64,000 nt of DNA from the human T2T-CHM13v2.0 reference genome, Homo sapiens: NCBI RefSeq assembly GCF_009914755.1, contig NC_060935.1. One strand, given 5' to 3'. The number at the start of each line of letters is the position of its first letter. Position 1 is the stretch's first letter. The translations under genes were made by a program, and so were the position numbers. Positions 22,757 to 53,370 of the stretch are shown piece after piece. A model generated the notes under the pieces. The model saw only the letters and a program-made list of their open reading frames with translations. It had not been told where the DNA came from and did no database searches.

Positions 22757-22790
22757 AATAGACAAATCCACATGTGTCTTGTGTCTTGTA
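22757..22790 (+). terminator. Non-canonical poly(A) signal AATAGA with downstream GU-rich element
   Basis: AATAGA at 22757-22762 followed by tgtgtcttgtgtcttgt; position equivalent to AATAAA 42386-42391 of the FOLR1-like copy. Confidence 0.55.
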
Positions 22791-23192
22791 ATTTCGGGAC
22801 GAGTGGGTTGGAGGGACACATTGCTTCATCTTTTCCATTGACAGGCCCCAAATTGGGCTGGAACTAGCCTAATGTTCACTGGGAAGGAGGGTGTGGGGGT
22901 TGAGCTAGAATCCAGGTATCTGATCCGTTAGTCTGGGTCTCTTACCCCTGCACTGGCTTCCCCCTCATGCCAAGCTCATCCCACCGGCACTACACATGGA
23001 GAAAGACACAGACGGAGTGAAGAAGGGCAGAGATAGCCGATGAGTTATTGGGCTTCAAGTTGGGAAGAGAGTTTCTTTAGTGATGTGGGCTGGGTGGAGA
23101 TATTGGTGGGGAGGAGGGTCTTGATGAACACTTGCCTTGTTTCCATTTATTTATTTATTTATTTATTTATTTATTTGAGACAGGAATCTTGA

Positions 23193-23288
<96 letters not shown>

Positions 23289-23480
23289 TGACCTGCTTTT
23301 TAAAAAAAAATGACAACTAATGTTGCAATTAACAATCTTTTACTTAGTGGAATGTTATACTTAAATTCCAGAAAGGATTATTGGGTCAAGAGTACATACA
23401 ATTTTGAGAGTTACAACTTTATGGGGGTTGTATCAATGTGCCTCCCCCACCAGCAAAGTATGAGAGTGCCTCTTTCTCCA

Positions 23481-23833
<353 letters not shown>

Positions 23834-26084
23834 TTAAACTTTGGTTTTCTGCTCATCTTACAGGTGGGGAAAGGGCAGCTCAGTGCAGTTTTCATCTGCC
23901 ATTGTTCTGAGATCTTTCCATATTGACCTATTGATATATTAAATTACCAGGTAATAATCCATTCTAGGTGTACATTACATTGAATTCAGTCTCCTACTGA
24001 TGGGCATTGGAAGGAATGGGGTTCTTTTATGATCTTGACATTGCTGAAAGCCACAGGCCAGTTATTTAGTAGAATACTCCTCCATTTGGGTTTGTCTGTT
24101 TCCTCATGATTCATTGAGGTTATGCGTTTTGGGCACAAATACCCTACATGGTTATCCCGTGCATCATAATGGGAGGCATGTGGTGTGGGGTTTGCTCATT
24201 CCTGGTGACGTTAACTTTGATCTTTTTCTTGAGATTGTGTCTGCCAGGTTTCTCCACTACACTTTCCCCTTTGTAACTAGCAAATATGTTGTAGAGAGAG
24301 ACTGGAGAACTAGAGATACTCTATTCATCAGCACACTTCCACCTATATGTTCTAGTAGCTGATGGACCTTAAACATGTCTTACTATGTTACAGCTCTTTC
24401 ACCAACCCTTCAATACTTTTCAGTGGTATCAACTGTAAAAACCAAACTTCTTCACAGTAGCACAGAAGACCATGCCCCTCCTTTGAGCCCTCAAGCCAAA
24501 TCTCTCCCACACCACCCCATAAATGAGCTCCAGTCACATTTCTCATGTTGGGGGTCTTTGCTCCAGCAACTCTTTCTCTGCATGCCTGAAATGTTCTTCA
24601 TTAATCCTCTGCAGCCTAGCACTTTGTGGCCACTTAGATCACAACCTACAATCCCCCCCTAAAATGACTTCTGACCACTCAAACTGACAAACCCACCCAG
24701 CTGATTTCTCATCACACTACTCTATGTCCTTGTGCAGATTTTTATCTACTGTGTTTGTTGTCAGCCTTTTCCCTAACAAAACATACTCTCCCGAAAGCAG
24801 GGTTTTGCCTGTGTCATTTTATGCTACATCCCCAGAGTCTGGGTCAGTGCCTGGCACCAAGAATGTGCTCAGTAAGTTAAGGAATCGCTGCATCCATTCT
24901 GTCAGTCAACAATTCCTTCTGAGCATCCAGTCCACTGGCCCATGCTGGTCTCAGCCAACAGAAAGGGAATTGAGTTCCTTGCAAGGTCTGGTGGGGACAG
25001 ACAGTTCTGAGAACCAGTGACTCTTAGAACAAGGAGATGAGGCTTTCACAGAGGGAAGCACAGAGTGTGGTGTTATTCTGCTGAAGCCCAAAGAGGTCAG
25101 GGAAGGATTCCAAAGGAGTAATGTTTGCCAAGCACAAAACAGCACAGGGAATGGCATTCCATGGACAGGTCTCAGCAAGTGCAAAGGCTTAGAGGTAATA
25201 GAAGTGCAAGCAGAATTCCAGGGTGGCTAAGAGAGGTTGTGTGGGGAATGGGCAGCAGTTAAGGCCAAAGAAGAAACACTGGATCTGCATTCCTTAGGAC
25301 GGTGCCCTGTGGGCCCCTCACAGAGCTTCTCTCCTGCAACTGCTAGGTGAAAGAAGGCAGGCTTAGAATCGGACTGAGATCAGTAGTTTCTGCAGCTGGG
25401 AAGATGAGTGAGGTGAGATTGCATGTGTGATAGGCTGGCACTCAGGGAAGACCTCAGGGTTCTCTCCTCCCCACTCTGAGGCCCCTCTCCTGCTTCCTGA
25501 AGCCCAGAGTCTCCACCCCTGTGAGCCAAACACCTTCCTGTTATCTGCCTGGTCCTAGGGTAGCCTTCGGGTTGGGGTTAGAAGGAATGCCAATGGTTAA
25601 CCTTGTGGTATTAAGCTTCCAGCTCAGGCAGATACTTTCTGGACTGGTTCAAGCTGACTGCCTGACTGTCCCTCCCTGCTGGCCCTAGCACCCAGACTCC
25701 AGATAGGCGCACCACCTCATCCTTCAGAGCAGGGCTCTGAGACTCCACAAGTGGTGAGGACTTACCAGAGGAACTGAACTTGACCTCCAACCCAACCTTC
25801 CATTTGCTGGTATTATTCTGAAGCCCTCATGGCCTAGGGAACTGCCTCAGGTAGCAGGTCTCACTCCTGCAGTGGAGGGGCCATAAAGTTCAGTTCATGA
25901 TCAGCCCCCAAGCCAGGGGCAGCGGATGACAGGGCAGGAGTTCCATCTAGAGGAGCTCCCGTGTTCAGGCGTTCCTAGACACCTGCCTGCCCTTCTCCCA
26001 TCAGCACTGGGGTATAAAGAAGGAAAGAGGCCTGAGGGTTCCAGAGGCCTCTACCTGCTGAGGTCTTCAGAGGACTCAACCCTC

Positions 26085-30243
<4,159 letters not shown>

Positions 30244-30440
30244 CTTCCCAGGTTGTCCAAGATTCAGGTACAGCTCACTATTGCAGGATACAAGCTGGGA
30301 TCTCCTGGGAGTTGGTCTCTTTGCAAATCGTATTATCTCTGTATCACCTTTTATGAAATCCTAAAAGAATTTAAATCTGAAACATGTGACTCCAAAGATT
30401 TTGAATAAGGAATTGTGAACCCATGGTAAACTCCTGGCTT

Positions 30441-30579
30441 AAGGGTGTCCAATTTTTTGGCTTCCCTGGGTCACATTGGAAGAATAAGAAAGTTTAAGAA
30501 AGTCTGTGAATTTGTTTTGGGGCACATTCAAAGCTGTCCTGGCCACATGAGGCCTGAGGGCTATAGGTTGGACAAGCTT
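30441..30579. mobile_element. MER30-like hAT MITE
   Basis: gggtgtccaat...ggcttccctggg.cacattggaagaa...ggttggacaagc with inverted termini. Confidence 0.65.
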
Positions 30580-30583
30580 CTAG

Positions 30584-37933
<7,350 letters not shown>

Positions 37934-38564
37934 TGTTACCAGAAAGGGATCCAGATCCAGACCCCAAGAGAAGGTTCTTGGATCTTGTATAAGAAAGAAT
38001 TTGGGGTGAGTCCATAGAGTAAAGTGAAAGCAAGCTTATTAAGGAGGTAAAGGAATACAGAATGGCTACTCCATAGGCAGGGCAGTGGCTTGAGCTGCTC
38101 CACTAAGGATACTTATTGTTACTTCTTGATTATATGCTAAAGAAGGGGTGGATTATTAATGAGTTTTCCAAGGAAGGGGTGGCCAATTCCCGTAACTGAG
38201 GGTTCCTCTCCTTTTTAGACCATTTAGGGCAACTTCCTGATGTTGCCATGGCATCTGTAATCACGGCACTGGTGGGAGTGTCTTTTAGCATGCTAATACA
38301 TTATAATTAGCATATAATGAGTGATGAGGATGACCAGAGGTCACTTTGGTCGCCATCTTGGTTTTGGTGGGTTTGGGCTGGCTTCTTTACCACAGGCTGT
38401 TTTATCAGCAAGGTCTTTGTGACCTGTTATCTTGTGCTCACCTCCTAGCTCATCCTGTCACTTGGAATGCCACACCTCCTGGGAATGCAGCCCAGTAGGC
38501 TTCAGCTTCATTTTACCCAGCCCCTATTCAAGATGGGGTTGCTTTGGTTGAAACGCCTCTGACA
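37934..38564 (-). mobile_element. MER41 LTR (5' LTR of the minus-strand provirus)
   Basis: tgttaccagaaagggatccagatccagaccccaagagaaggttcttggatc...gtaaagtgaaagcaag...aaacgcctctgaca. Confidence 0.85.
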
Positions 38565-38920
38565 GACCCACCAGAGGAGCCCTTCAGTTTGTATTAATAT
38601 GATATGTGACTACTTATTTCACAGACACTGTGTGTCAAATGTCGGTACAATGCCAACAACTCACCTTCTTGGTTGTTGAGTTTCCGCATTACACAAATAA
38701 GGAAGCAGGCCCAGAGGAGAGCCTGGGAAATGAAGTTGGAGAGACCCATCCTGGGGTTGCTTGATTTAGGGATTTAGACTGGGAATGACTCCTCCATAGA
38801 TCTGAAAGAAGAAACTGCACACTGTTCATAGTGGCTTCTTTTCTGCCAGCCCTAAACAGCTCAAGAAAGGAGAGTCTCTCAGTTATGAGGCTGGGTGTGA
38901 AGCATTTTTTTTTTCTTTGA

Positions 38921-39109
<189 letters not shown>

Positions 39110-40096
39110 TAACAATTATTTGGCTACAACCCCTTTAATATCCTGAACTTAGCTAAACAGTTATTTTAAAAATCCATATTCAAATATAACTAAAGAAGAA
39201 ACAGAGGAAAAGTAATTTGTAATATGGATTTCTATTTATATTCGTTTTGACTCCATTAGCAGATAGCAGTCACTGCCCTGTTTGCACTTGTTTTGAATCA
39301 GTGAGCCTGTAGCTGCCAAGTGCAGACTAACAAGAGGTAAATAACCTGTATACCTTGAGCAGCTCTGACTTTAACTTATTCTTTTATTTTTTATATTTTT
39401 ATTTTTTTTTATTTTTATCTCTTTTTAGACATGAGGTCTCACTATGTTGTCCCAGTTGACCTCAAACTCCTGCACTCAAGTGATCCTCCCGCCTTGGCCT
39501 CCAAAGTACTGGGATTATAGGTGTAAACCACTGTGCCTGGGCTTTTATATATTTTTTAAGTGCACATTTTAATGTTTAGCTTGTCAGCCTTAAGTAACGA
39601 GATCCAGAAAGCTTGAGGATAGCTACACAGAAGCATAGATTCAAGTTGTCCTGAATATACACTTCGATTCACAGCAGTTACAAGTGAGTTTTTAAGGAAA
39701 CAGAATAGTTCCTAAGTTGTTTATCAAGAATTTAAAATAAAATAACATAAGCAATTCATTGGCTATACATTGTTTTTTGTATCACAAATTCCAGGAACAG
39801 ATAACGGGTGAGGCAGCTAGTCAGGGACAAAACGCCTTGGAACAATTGTCTCTGGGCATGGGTGGGGAGGGTGTGACTGAAGTTCCATACTCATGCCTTT
39901 CTGGGCCTGATAAATTGGGCATGTCTCACATCATGAGACTGCTCTGAGCTATTTTTCTTTTCTCAAGCTTTATACCAAATTCTAGGCCGTGGGCTTTCAT
40001 TCATTCAATAAGTATGTATTGAGTGTTTATGTAATCGGAACTCTTCTGGGGTTACAATTTAACTTACTTTCTCACCTCCGAATGGTTATCACCTCA

Positions 40097-41040
40097 ACGA
40101 GGACTAAATCCAATGATTTTTTTTTTATCTTGCCAAAATTCCTATCTAAGGGGTCTGGGGAGTCATGCCCTACAAATCATAAATTCTCATCAGATGGGTT
40201 TTATTTAACCCTATATATCATGACTTACTTTCCAACCTGACTCTGGCATAACATGACAAGACAAGGAAGAAAAGCAAAATATTTTAATATTTTTACCTCA
40301 AAACATGTTTCTTTGCCATATCTTGAAATGGCCCTGCTACTGTCCTTTGTGGGGGAAAATTTTCATCTGTAAAGAATCTCTATTAACATAGCTGGATCTT
40401 TTTCTACCAGGCCCTTCCAATCATAAAGAGATTAACTAAGTGTAGCACCTTTTATAGATCTGAATAGGAAACACTTGTCATCTGTTGTTTCTAAGGGCAG
40501 CCACTATAAGACTTCAAAAGAACCTTGGTCTCCACAGTCTTTTATCTTAACATTTCTTTTCTATCAACCCCAGGTCTTTAGACAAACTCAACCAATTGTC
40601 AACCATAAAATGTTTAAATTTACGTATAGCCTGAAAGCCCTGCCACCCCACTTTTAATTGTCCCACCTTCCTGGACCAAACCAATGATTTTTTTTTTTTT
40701 TTTAGATGGAGTCTCCCTCTGCCGCCCGTGCTGGAGTGCAGTGGTGTGATCTCGGCTCGCTGCAACCTCCGCCTCCTGGGTTGAAGCAATTCTCCTACCT
40801 CAGCCTCCTGAGTAGCTAGGATTACAGGTGCCTGTCACCACGTCCAGCTAATTTTTTGTATTTTTAGTAGAGACAGGGTTTCACTATGTTGGCCAGGCTG
40901 GTCTCAAACTCCTGACCTCAAGATCAGCCTGCCTTGGCCTCCCAAAGTGCTGGGATTACAGGCGTGAGCCACCATGCCTGGCCAATGTATTCCTTAAATG
41001 CATTTGATTGATGTCTCATGCTTCCCTAAAATGTATGAGA
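40097..41040 (+). mobile_element. MER4-family LTR split by an Alu (40687-40983, minus strand)
   Basis: attcctatctaaggggtctggggagtcatgccctacaaa motif; Alu TSD ccaatg. Confidence 0.7.
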
Positions 41041-41377
41041 CATCCTTCTCCCCTGATTGTTTTCAAAAGCAGTGATCCATTGAGGTGCTCATTTTTGTAA
41101 CCCCAGTTACTAGAAAAGTGCCTGGGTAAGAGTATGTAGGATCTCTATAAAAGCTGAATTAACGAATTTTGTAATGACTGCACCTCCAGACAGGAGCTGT
41201 CTTCCGGGCTTCCACAGTCTCTGACAGCCCTCTCCCACAAAGAGTTTACCAACAGCAAGGACTTTCCTGGATGACTTCCACTGGGTTGGGGATTAAGGAT
41301 TGAAAGGGGAGAGGCTGGGTGTGGAATATTCTGGCTGTGCTGGCTGTGGACTTAGTCCTGTGTCTTCCCGCATCCAG

Positions 41378-42281
<904 letters not shown>

Positions 42282-42553
42282 CCTCCTTTTACCTTCTGAT
42301 ACTTGGACATCCCTGCCCTGTTTAGCCCCACAGCTCCCAACTATTTGGTTCCTCTTCTATGGTCTTGTCTCTGACAGCCACTTTGAATAAACCAGACACC
42401 ACACATGTATCTTGAGAATTATTTGGGTATGAATGGGAATGTGGCTGTTTTGTTTCCCATTTCTTATTGATTGAAGCCAGTTAGACTGGGCTAGTTCCCA
42501 GCTCTGATGCTTGCTATGAACTAGCCTGATACTTAAGTATTCTTCTAAGGTAG

Positions 42554-42871
<318 letters not shown>

Positions 42872-43959
42872 TGAGTAGCTGGGTCTACAGGTGTGAGCCT
42901 CCACATTCAGCTAATACATATAATATAAAACATGTATTATATATGTAATAGTAGAGACAGGGTCTCACTATTTTACCCAGGTTGTTCTCAAACTCCTGCG
43001 CTGGAGTGATCCTCCCAAAATGCTGGGATTACAGGCATGAGTCACTGCATCTGGCCACAAGTCATGTTTATTTCTTGCTCAAGCTACAATGCTGAATGTG
43101 GGTTATCAGGGGGATTCTGTTTATTTCTCATTCCTGGACTACATTAGCAGCCAGGGGGTTCTGCTTCTCACTCAAGAACCCACGCTGATGGAGGCTCCAT
43201 CTTCCATGAGACAGGAAGAGGGAACTTGGCAAATTCCATAAGGCTCTTCAAATTTCCACCCATCACTTATTTCATTGGCCAAATCAAGTCATGAGCATGC
43301 CTAAATTCAAGAAAGCCAGGAAAACATAATCCTATCATGTACTTGCAAGGAGAGGGGAATCACAAGGTTTGCAACAGACCTAATCATGAGTAAAAAGACT
43401 TCATTATTTTCTCGTAGATTTCTGTTTCTGGCATGGTCATAGTTACAAATTTAATTTTTTGGTTAGATCCTAGTAAGAAGGAGGACCAACTCTCTATACA
43501 TATGCAAATAACTACATCAACCTGAAAAGTGGAGCAATCCACTGATGACCGCCCTGGCTAGTCTTGTAAACAAGGCCAATTGATGCCTTTTCGCCCTTCA
43601 TTTATTTCTATTTATTATTTTTATTTTTTGAGACAGGGTCTCTTTCTGTTGCTCAGGCTGGAGTGCAGTGGCACAGTCATGGCTCACTGCAGTCTTGACC
43701 TCCTGAGCTCAATTGATCCCTCAACTTTAGCCTCCCAAGTAGCTGGGACTACAGGCACATGCCACCATGCTGGGCAAATTTTTTGTATTTTTTTTGTAGA
43801 GATGGGGTTTTGCCATGTTGCCCAAGCTGGTCTTGAACTGCTGCGCCCAAGTGATTCATTCACCCACCTTGACCTCCTAAAGTGCTGGGATTAGAGGCGT
43901 GAGACACCTCTGCCAGCCCACTGATTTCTTTTTTGAACCGAAAGCATAGTTGATCAATG

Positions 43960-44920
43960 CAAAAGCTAATAATTGGATATTAACAAAATTCAAAACTCTT
44001 GCACTTTAAAAGACACCCTTAAGAAAATTAAAAAACAAGCAACAGACTGGAAGGAAATATTTGCAAACACATCTGATAAAGGATCTGTATCCATAAAATA
44101 CAAAGAACACTTACAACTCAGTAACAAGAAGGCAGACAACCCAATCAAATAATGGGCAAAAGAAATGAACAAATATGTCATTAAAGAAGGTACACAAATT
44201 ATGAATAGTTACACGAAAAGATGCTCAACATTATTAATCATTAGAAAAATGGAAACTAAAACCATAGTGATAGATGGTTTTATACCTACTAGAATGGCAA
44301 TAATAATAATGATAGGCAATAACAAGCATTGGCAAGGATGTGGAGAAATGGGAACCCTCACACAGTGCTGGTGGGGATGTAAAATGGTACAGCCCTTCGG
44401 AAAACAGTGTGGCAGTTTCTCAAAAAGTTAAATGTAAAACTGCCATACAACCCAAAATTCCACTCCCAGGTGTCTACTCAGGAGAAACGAAAACAAACAT
44501 AACAAAACTTAAATATGAATATTAATAATAATCATATTTATGTATGTAAATATGATGTATCATTTATGTATGTAAATATGATATATCATATTATGTATCA
44601 TTATATATAATAGCCCCAAGCTGGCAATAACCTAAATTTTTAGCAGCTGGTGAGTAGATAGACAAAATGTGGTGAATCCATACAATAGAAGACTGTGCAG
44701 CAATGAAACGTGATGACACATGCTATGTCGTGGATGAGCGTCAAAAACATTATGTTAAGTGAAAGAAGCCAGACCTAAGAGGCTTCATGTGGCATGATTT
44801 CACTTACATGAAATGTGCAGGGAAGGCAAATTTATAGAGGCAGAAAGTAGATTAGTAGTTGCCTGGGGCTGGAAGTGACAACAGGGATTAATTGTAAATG
44901 GGCATGAGGGGGGATGAGAA
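43960..44920 (+). mobile_element. Old L1M ORF2 end / 3' UTR fragment
   Basis: acagactggaaggaaatatttgcaaacacatctgataaagg...tgctggtggggatgtaaaatggtacagcc...agtagattagtagttgcctgggg. Confidence 0.75.
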
Positions 44921-45383
44921 TTGAGGGGATGATTCTGAGTTTCTGTGGGGTGTATCCATGAGGGAAAGTATTCTAAGGAATTTGGCATGTGGCTCCATAA
45001 AAATCTATCATCTGAGACAAACTCCATTCCCATCATGAACTTTAAAATATTGGTTGGAAGCCAAGCATGGTGGCTCATACCTGTAATTCCAGCACTTTGG
45101 GAGGCCAAGGCAGGTAGATCACTTGAGCCAGGGATTCTAGAACAGCTTGGGCAACATGGTGAAACCCCGTCTCTACATAAAAATACAAAAAATTTAGCCC
45201 AGTGTGGTGGTCCACGCCTGTAGTCCTAGCTATGCAGGAAGCTGAGATGGGAGGATCTCTTTAGCTCAGGAGGTAGAGGCTGCAGTGGGCTATGACTGTG
45301 CCACTGCAGTCCAGCCTGGGTTGATAGAGTGAGACCCTGTCTCAAAAAAAAAAAAAAAAAAAATAGGAATTGCTGGATGGTAA

Positions 45384-49990
<4,607 letters not shown>

Positions 49991-49991
49991 C

Positions 49992-50294
49992 TTTATTTTT
50001 TTTTGAGACAGGATCTTGCTCTGTTGCCCAAGCTGGAATGCAGTGGTGAGATCTTGGCTCACTGCAACCTCCACCTCCTGGATTCAAGCGATTCTCCTGC
50101 CCCAACATCCTGAGTAGCTGGGATTACAGGTATGTGCCACCATGCCCGGCTAATTTTTGTATTTTTTTTTTTTTAGTAGAGATGGGGTTTTACCATGTTG
50201 ACCAGGTTGGTTTTGAACTCCTGACCTCAGGTGATACCCCTGACTTGGCCTTCCAAAGTGCTGGGATTAAAGGTGTGAGCCACTGCACCCAGCC
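49992..50294 (-). mobile_element. Alu at the left breakpoint of duplication copy 2
   Basis: Alu consensus, no TSD; followed within 6 bp by the duplicated sequence. Confidence 0.85.
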
Positions 50295-50748
50295 GGATCA
50301 GGCACTTTTAACTTGAAAACATGAAGTTCTCTTTCCTAACTTTTTTCTTTCTTTCTTTTTTTTTTTTTTTTCCGAGACAGGATCTCACTCTGTCACCCAG
50401 GCTGGAGTGCAGGGATGCCATCACAGCTCACTGCAGCCCTGACCTCCTGGGCTCAAGCAATCCTCCCAGCTCATCCTCCCAAATGGCTGGGACTATAGGC
50501 TTAGACCACCATACCCAACTAATTTTTGTATTTTTGTGTGAAGATGAGGTCTCCCTATGTTTCCCAGGCTGGTCTTGATCTCCTGGGCTCAAGCAATCCA
50601 TCAGCCTTGGCCTCCCAAAGCACTGGGATTATAGGCATGAGCCACCAAGGACGGCCCCCTAATGTTTTTTATATTGGCTAATGAGCTTTAAGTTTATACA
50701 TACAAGGCATAAAGAAATAACTTTAAAGTTATGTTATTAGATGTACAG

Positions 50749-51481
50749 TGATATGATTTAGCTCTGTGTCCCCACCCAAGTCTCATCTTGTAGCTCCCAT
50801 AACTCCCATGTGTTGTGAAAGGGACCTGGTGGGAGATGATTGAATCGTGGAGGTGGGTCTTTCCCGTGCTGTTCTCATGATAATGAATGGGTCTCACAAG
50901 ATCTGATGGTTTTAAAAACGGGAGTTTCTCTGCACAAGCTCTCTCTTTGCCTGGTGCCATCCACATAAGATGTGACTTGCTTCTCCTTGCCTTCCACCAT
51001 GATTGTAAGGTCTCCCCAGCCATGTGGAACTGTAAATCCAATAAACCTCTTTCGTAAATTGCCCAGTCTTGCATATGTCTTTATCAGCAGCGTGAAAACA
51101 GATGAATACAGTAAATTTGTACTGGGAGTGGGGCATTGCTGAAAAGATACCCAAAAATGTGGAAGCGACTTTGGAACTGGGGAACAGGCAGAGGTTGGAA
51201 CAGTTTGGAGCGCTCAGATGAAGACAGGAAAATGTGGGAAAGTCTGGAGCTTCCTAGAGACTTGTTGAAGGGCCTTGACCAAAAGCCTGATAGTGATATG
51301 GACAATAAGGTCCAGGCTGAGGTGGTCTCAGATGAAGATGAGGAACTTGTTGGGAACTGGAGCAAAGGTAACTCTTGTATGTTTTAGCAAAGAGACTGGC
51401 AGCATTTTGTCCCTGCCCTAGAGATTTGCAGAACTTTGAACTCGAGAGAGATGGTTTAGGCTATCTGGTGGAAGAAATTTG

Positions 51482-51520
<39 letters not shown>

Positions 51521-53370
51521 TTGAGATAGAGTCTCACTCTGTCACCCAGGCCAGAGGACAGTAGCGTGACCTTGGCTCACTGCAACCTTCGCCTCCTGAG
51601 TTCAAGCGTTTCTCATGTCTCGGCCTCCCAAGCAGCTGAGATAACAGGCATGTGCCTCCATGCCTGGCTAATTTTTGTATTTTAGAAGAGACAGGGATTC
51701 ACCACATTGGCCAGGCTGGTCTCAAACTCCTGACCTCAAATGATCCAACTCAGCCTCCTGAAGTGTTGGAATTACAGGCATGAGCCACCACACCTGGCTG
51801 CGGAAGAAATTTCTAAGCTGCAAAGCATTCAAGAGGTGACTTGGGTGTGGTTAAAGGAATTCAGTTTTATAAGGGAAGCAGAGAATAAAGGTTCAGAAAA
51901 TTTGCAGCCTGACAATGCGATAGAAAAGAAAAGCCAATTTTCTGAGGAGAAATTCAAGCCAGCTGCAGAAATGTGCATAAGTAACAAGAGGAACATTAAC
52001 CCCCAATACAATGGGGAAAATGTCTCCAGGGCATGTCAGAGGTCTTCTTGGCAGCCCCTCCCATCACAGGCCCAGAGGCCTAGGAGAAATGGTTCCGTGG
52101 GCCAGGTCCAGGGTCCCCGTGCTGTATGTAGCCTAGGGACTTGGTGCCTTGTGTCCCAGCTGCTCCAGCCATGGCTGAAAGGGGCCAACATAGAGCTTAG
52201 GCCATGGCTGCAGAGGGTGAAAGCCCCAGTCCTTGGCAGCTTCCACGTGGTATTGAGCTTGCAAGTGCACAGAAGTCAAGAATTGGGGTTTGGGAACCTC
52301 CACCTAGATTTCAGAAGATGTATGGAAATGCCTGGATGCCCAGGCAGAAGTTTGCTGCAGGGGTGGGGTGCTCATGGAGAACCTCTGCTAGGGCAGGGCG
52401 GAAGGGAAATGTGGGGTTGGAGCTCCCACACAGAGTCCTTACTGGGGCACTGCCTAGGGCAGCTGTGAGAAGAGGGCCATTGTCCTCTAGCCCCAAGAAT
52501 GGTAGATCCACTGACAGCTTGCACTGTTTGCCTGGAAAAGCTGCAGACACTCAATGCCAGCCTGTGAAAGCAGCCGGGAGGGAGGCTGTACACTGAAAAG
52601 CCACAGGGGCGGAGCTGCCAGAGACCATGGGAACCCACCTCTTACATTAGTGTGACCTGATATGAGAGATGGAGTCAAAGGAGATCATTTTGGAGCTTTA
52701 AGATTTGACTGCCCTGCTGGATTTTGGACTTGCAGGGGCCTGTAGCCCCTCTGTTTTGGCTAATTTCTCCCATTTTGGAGTGGCTGTATTTACCCAATAC
52801 CTGTACTCCCATTGTATCCAGGAAGTAACTAACTTGCTTTTGATTTTACAGGCTGATAGGCAGAAGTGTCTTGCTTTTTCTTTGCTGAGACTTTGGACTG
52901 TGGACTTTTGAGTTAATTCTGAAATGAGTTGAGACTTTGGGGGACTGTTGGGAAGGCATGATTGGTTTTGAAATGTGAAGATATGAGATTTGGGAGGGGA
53001 CAGGGATGGAATGATATGGCTTGGCTGTGTCCCCACCCAAATCTCATCTTGTAGCTCCCATAATTCACTCATGTTGTGGGAGGGACCTGGTGGGAGATGA
53101 TTGAATCATGGGGGTGGGTCTTTCCCATGTTCTTGTGAGAGTGAATGGGTCTCACGAGATCTGATGGTTTTTAAAACAGGAGTTTCTCTGCACAAGCTCT
53201 CTCTTTGCCTGCTGTCATCCACATAAGATGTGACTTGCTCCTCCTTGCCTTCTGCCATTATTGTGAGGTCTCCCCAGCCATGTGGAACTGTAAGTCCAAT
53301 GAACCTCTTTCTTTTGTAAATTGCTCTATCTCGGGTATGTCTTTATCATTCCTGAAAATGGACTAATACA
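50749..53370 (+). mobile_element. Full-length THE1 (ERVL-MaLR): LTRs 50749-51110 and 53012-53370, internal region, Alu at 51484-51798
   Basis: tgatatg...tgtgtccccaccca...aataca LTR pair; THE1-int aatgtggaagcgactttggaactgg; TSD tacag/tacgg; empty site 16927-16931. Confidence 0.92.

Noticed and set aside
24375-25184. ORFs apparently conserved at 62843-63650
   Set aside because: Similarity is explained by the segmental duplication; L2-like sequence with no splice or coding signature.
42428-42475. ATGA followed by an aatgggaa/ttcccatt hairpin as a possible SECIS
   Set aside because: Lies downstream of AATAAA 42386 and lacks the apical AAR and a correctly placed 3' GA.
51740-52596. Longest ORFs (242 aa and 130 aa)
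   Set aside because: They lie in Alu plus THE1 internal sequence; typical decayed MaLR ORF remnant, not a host gene.
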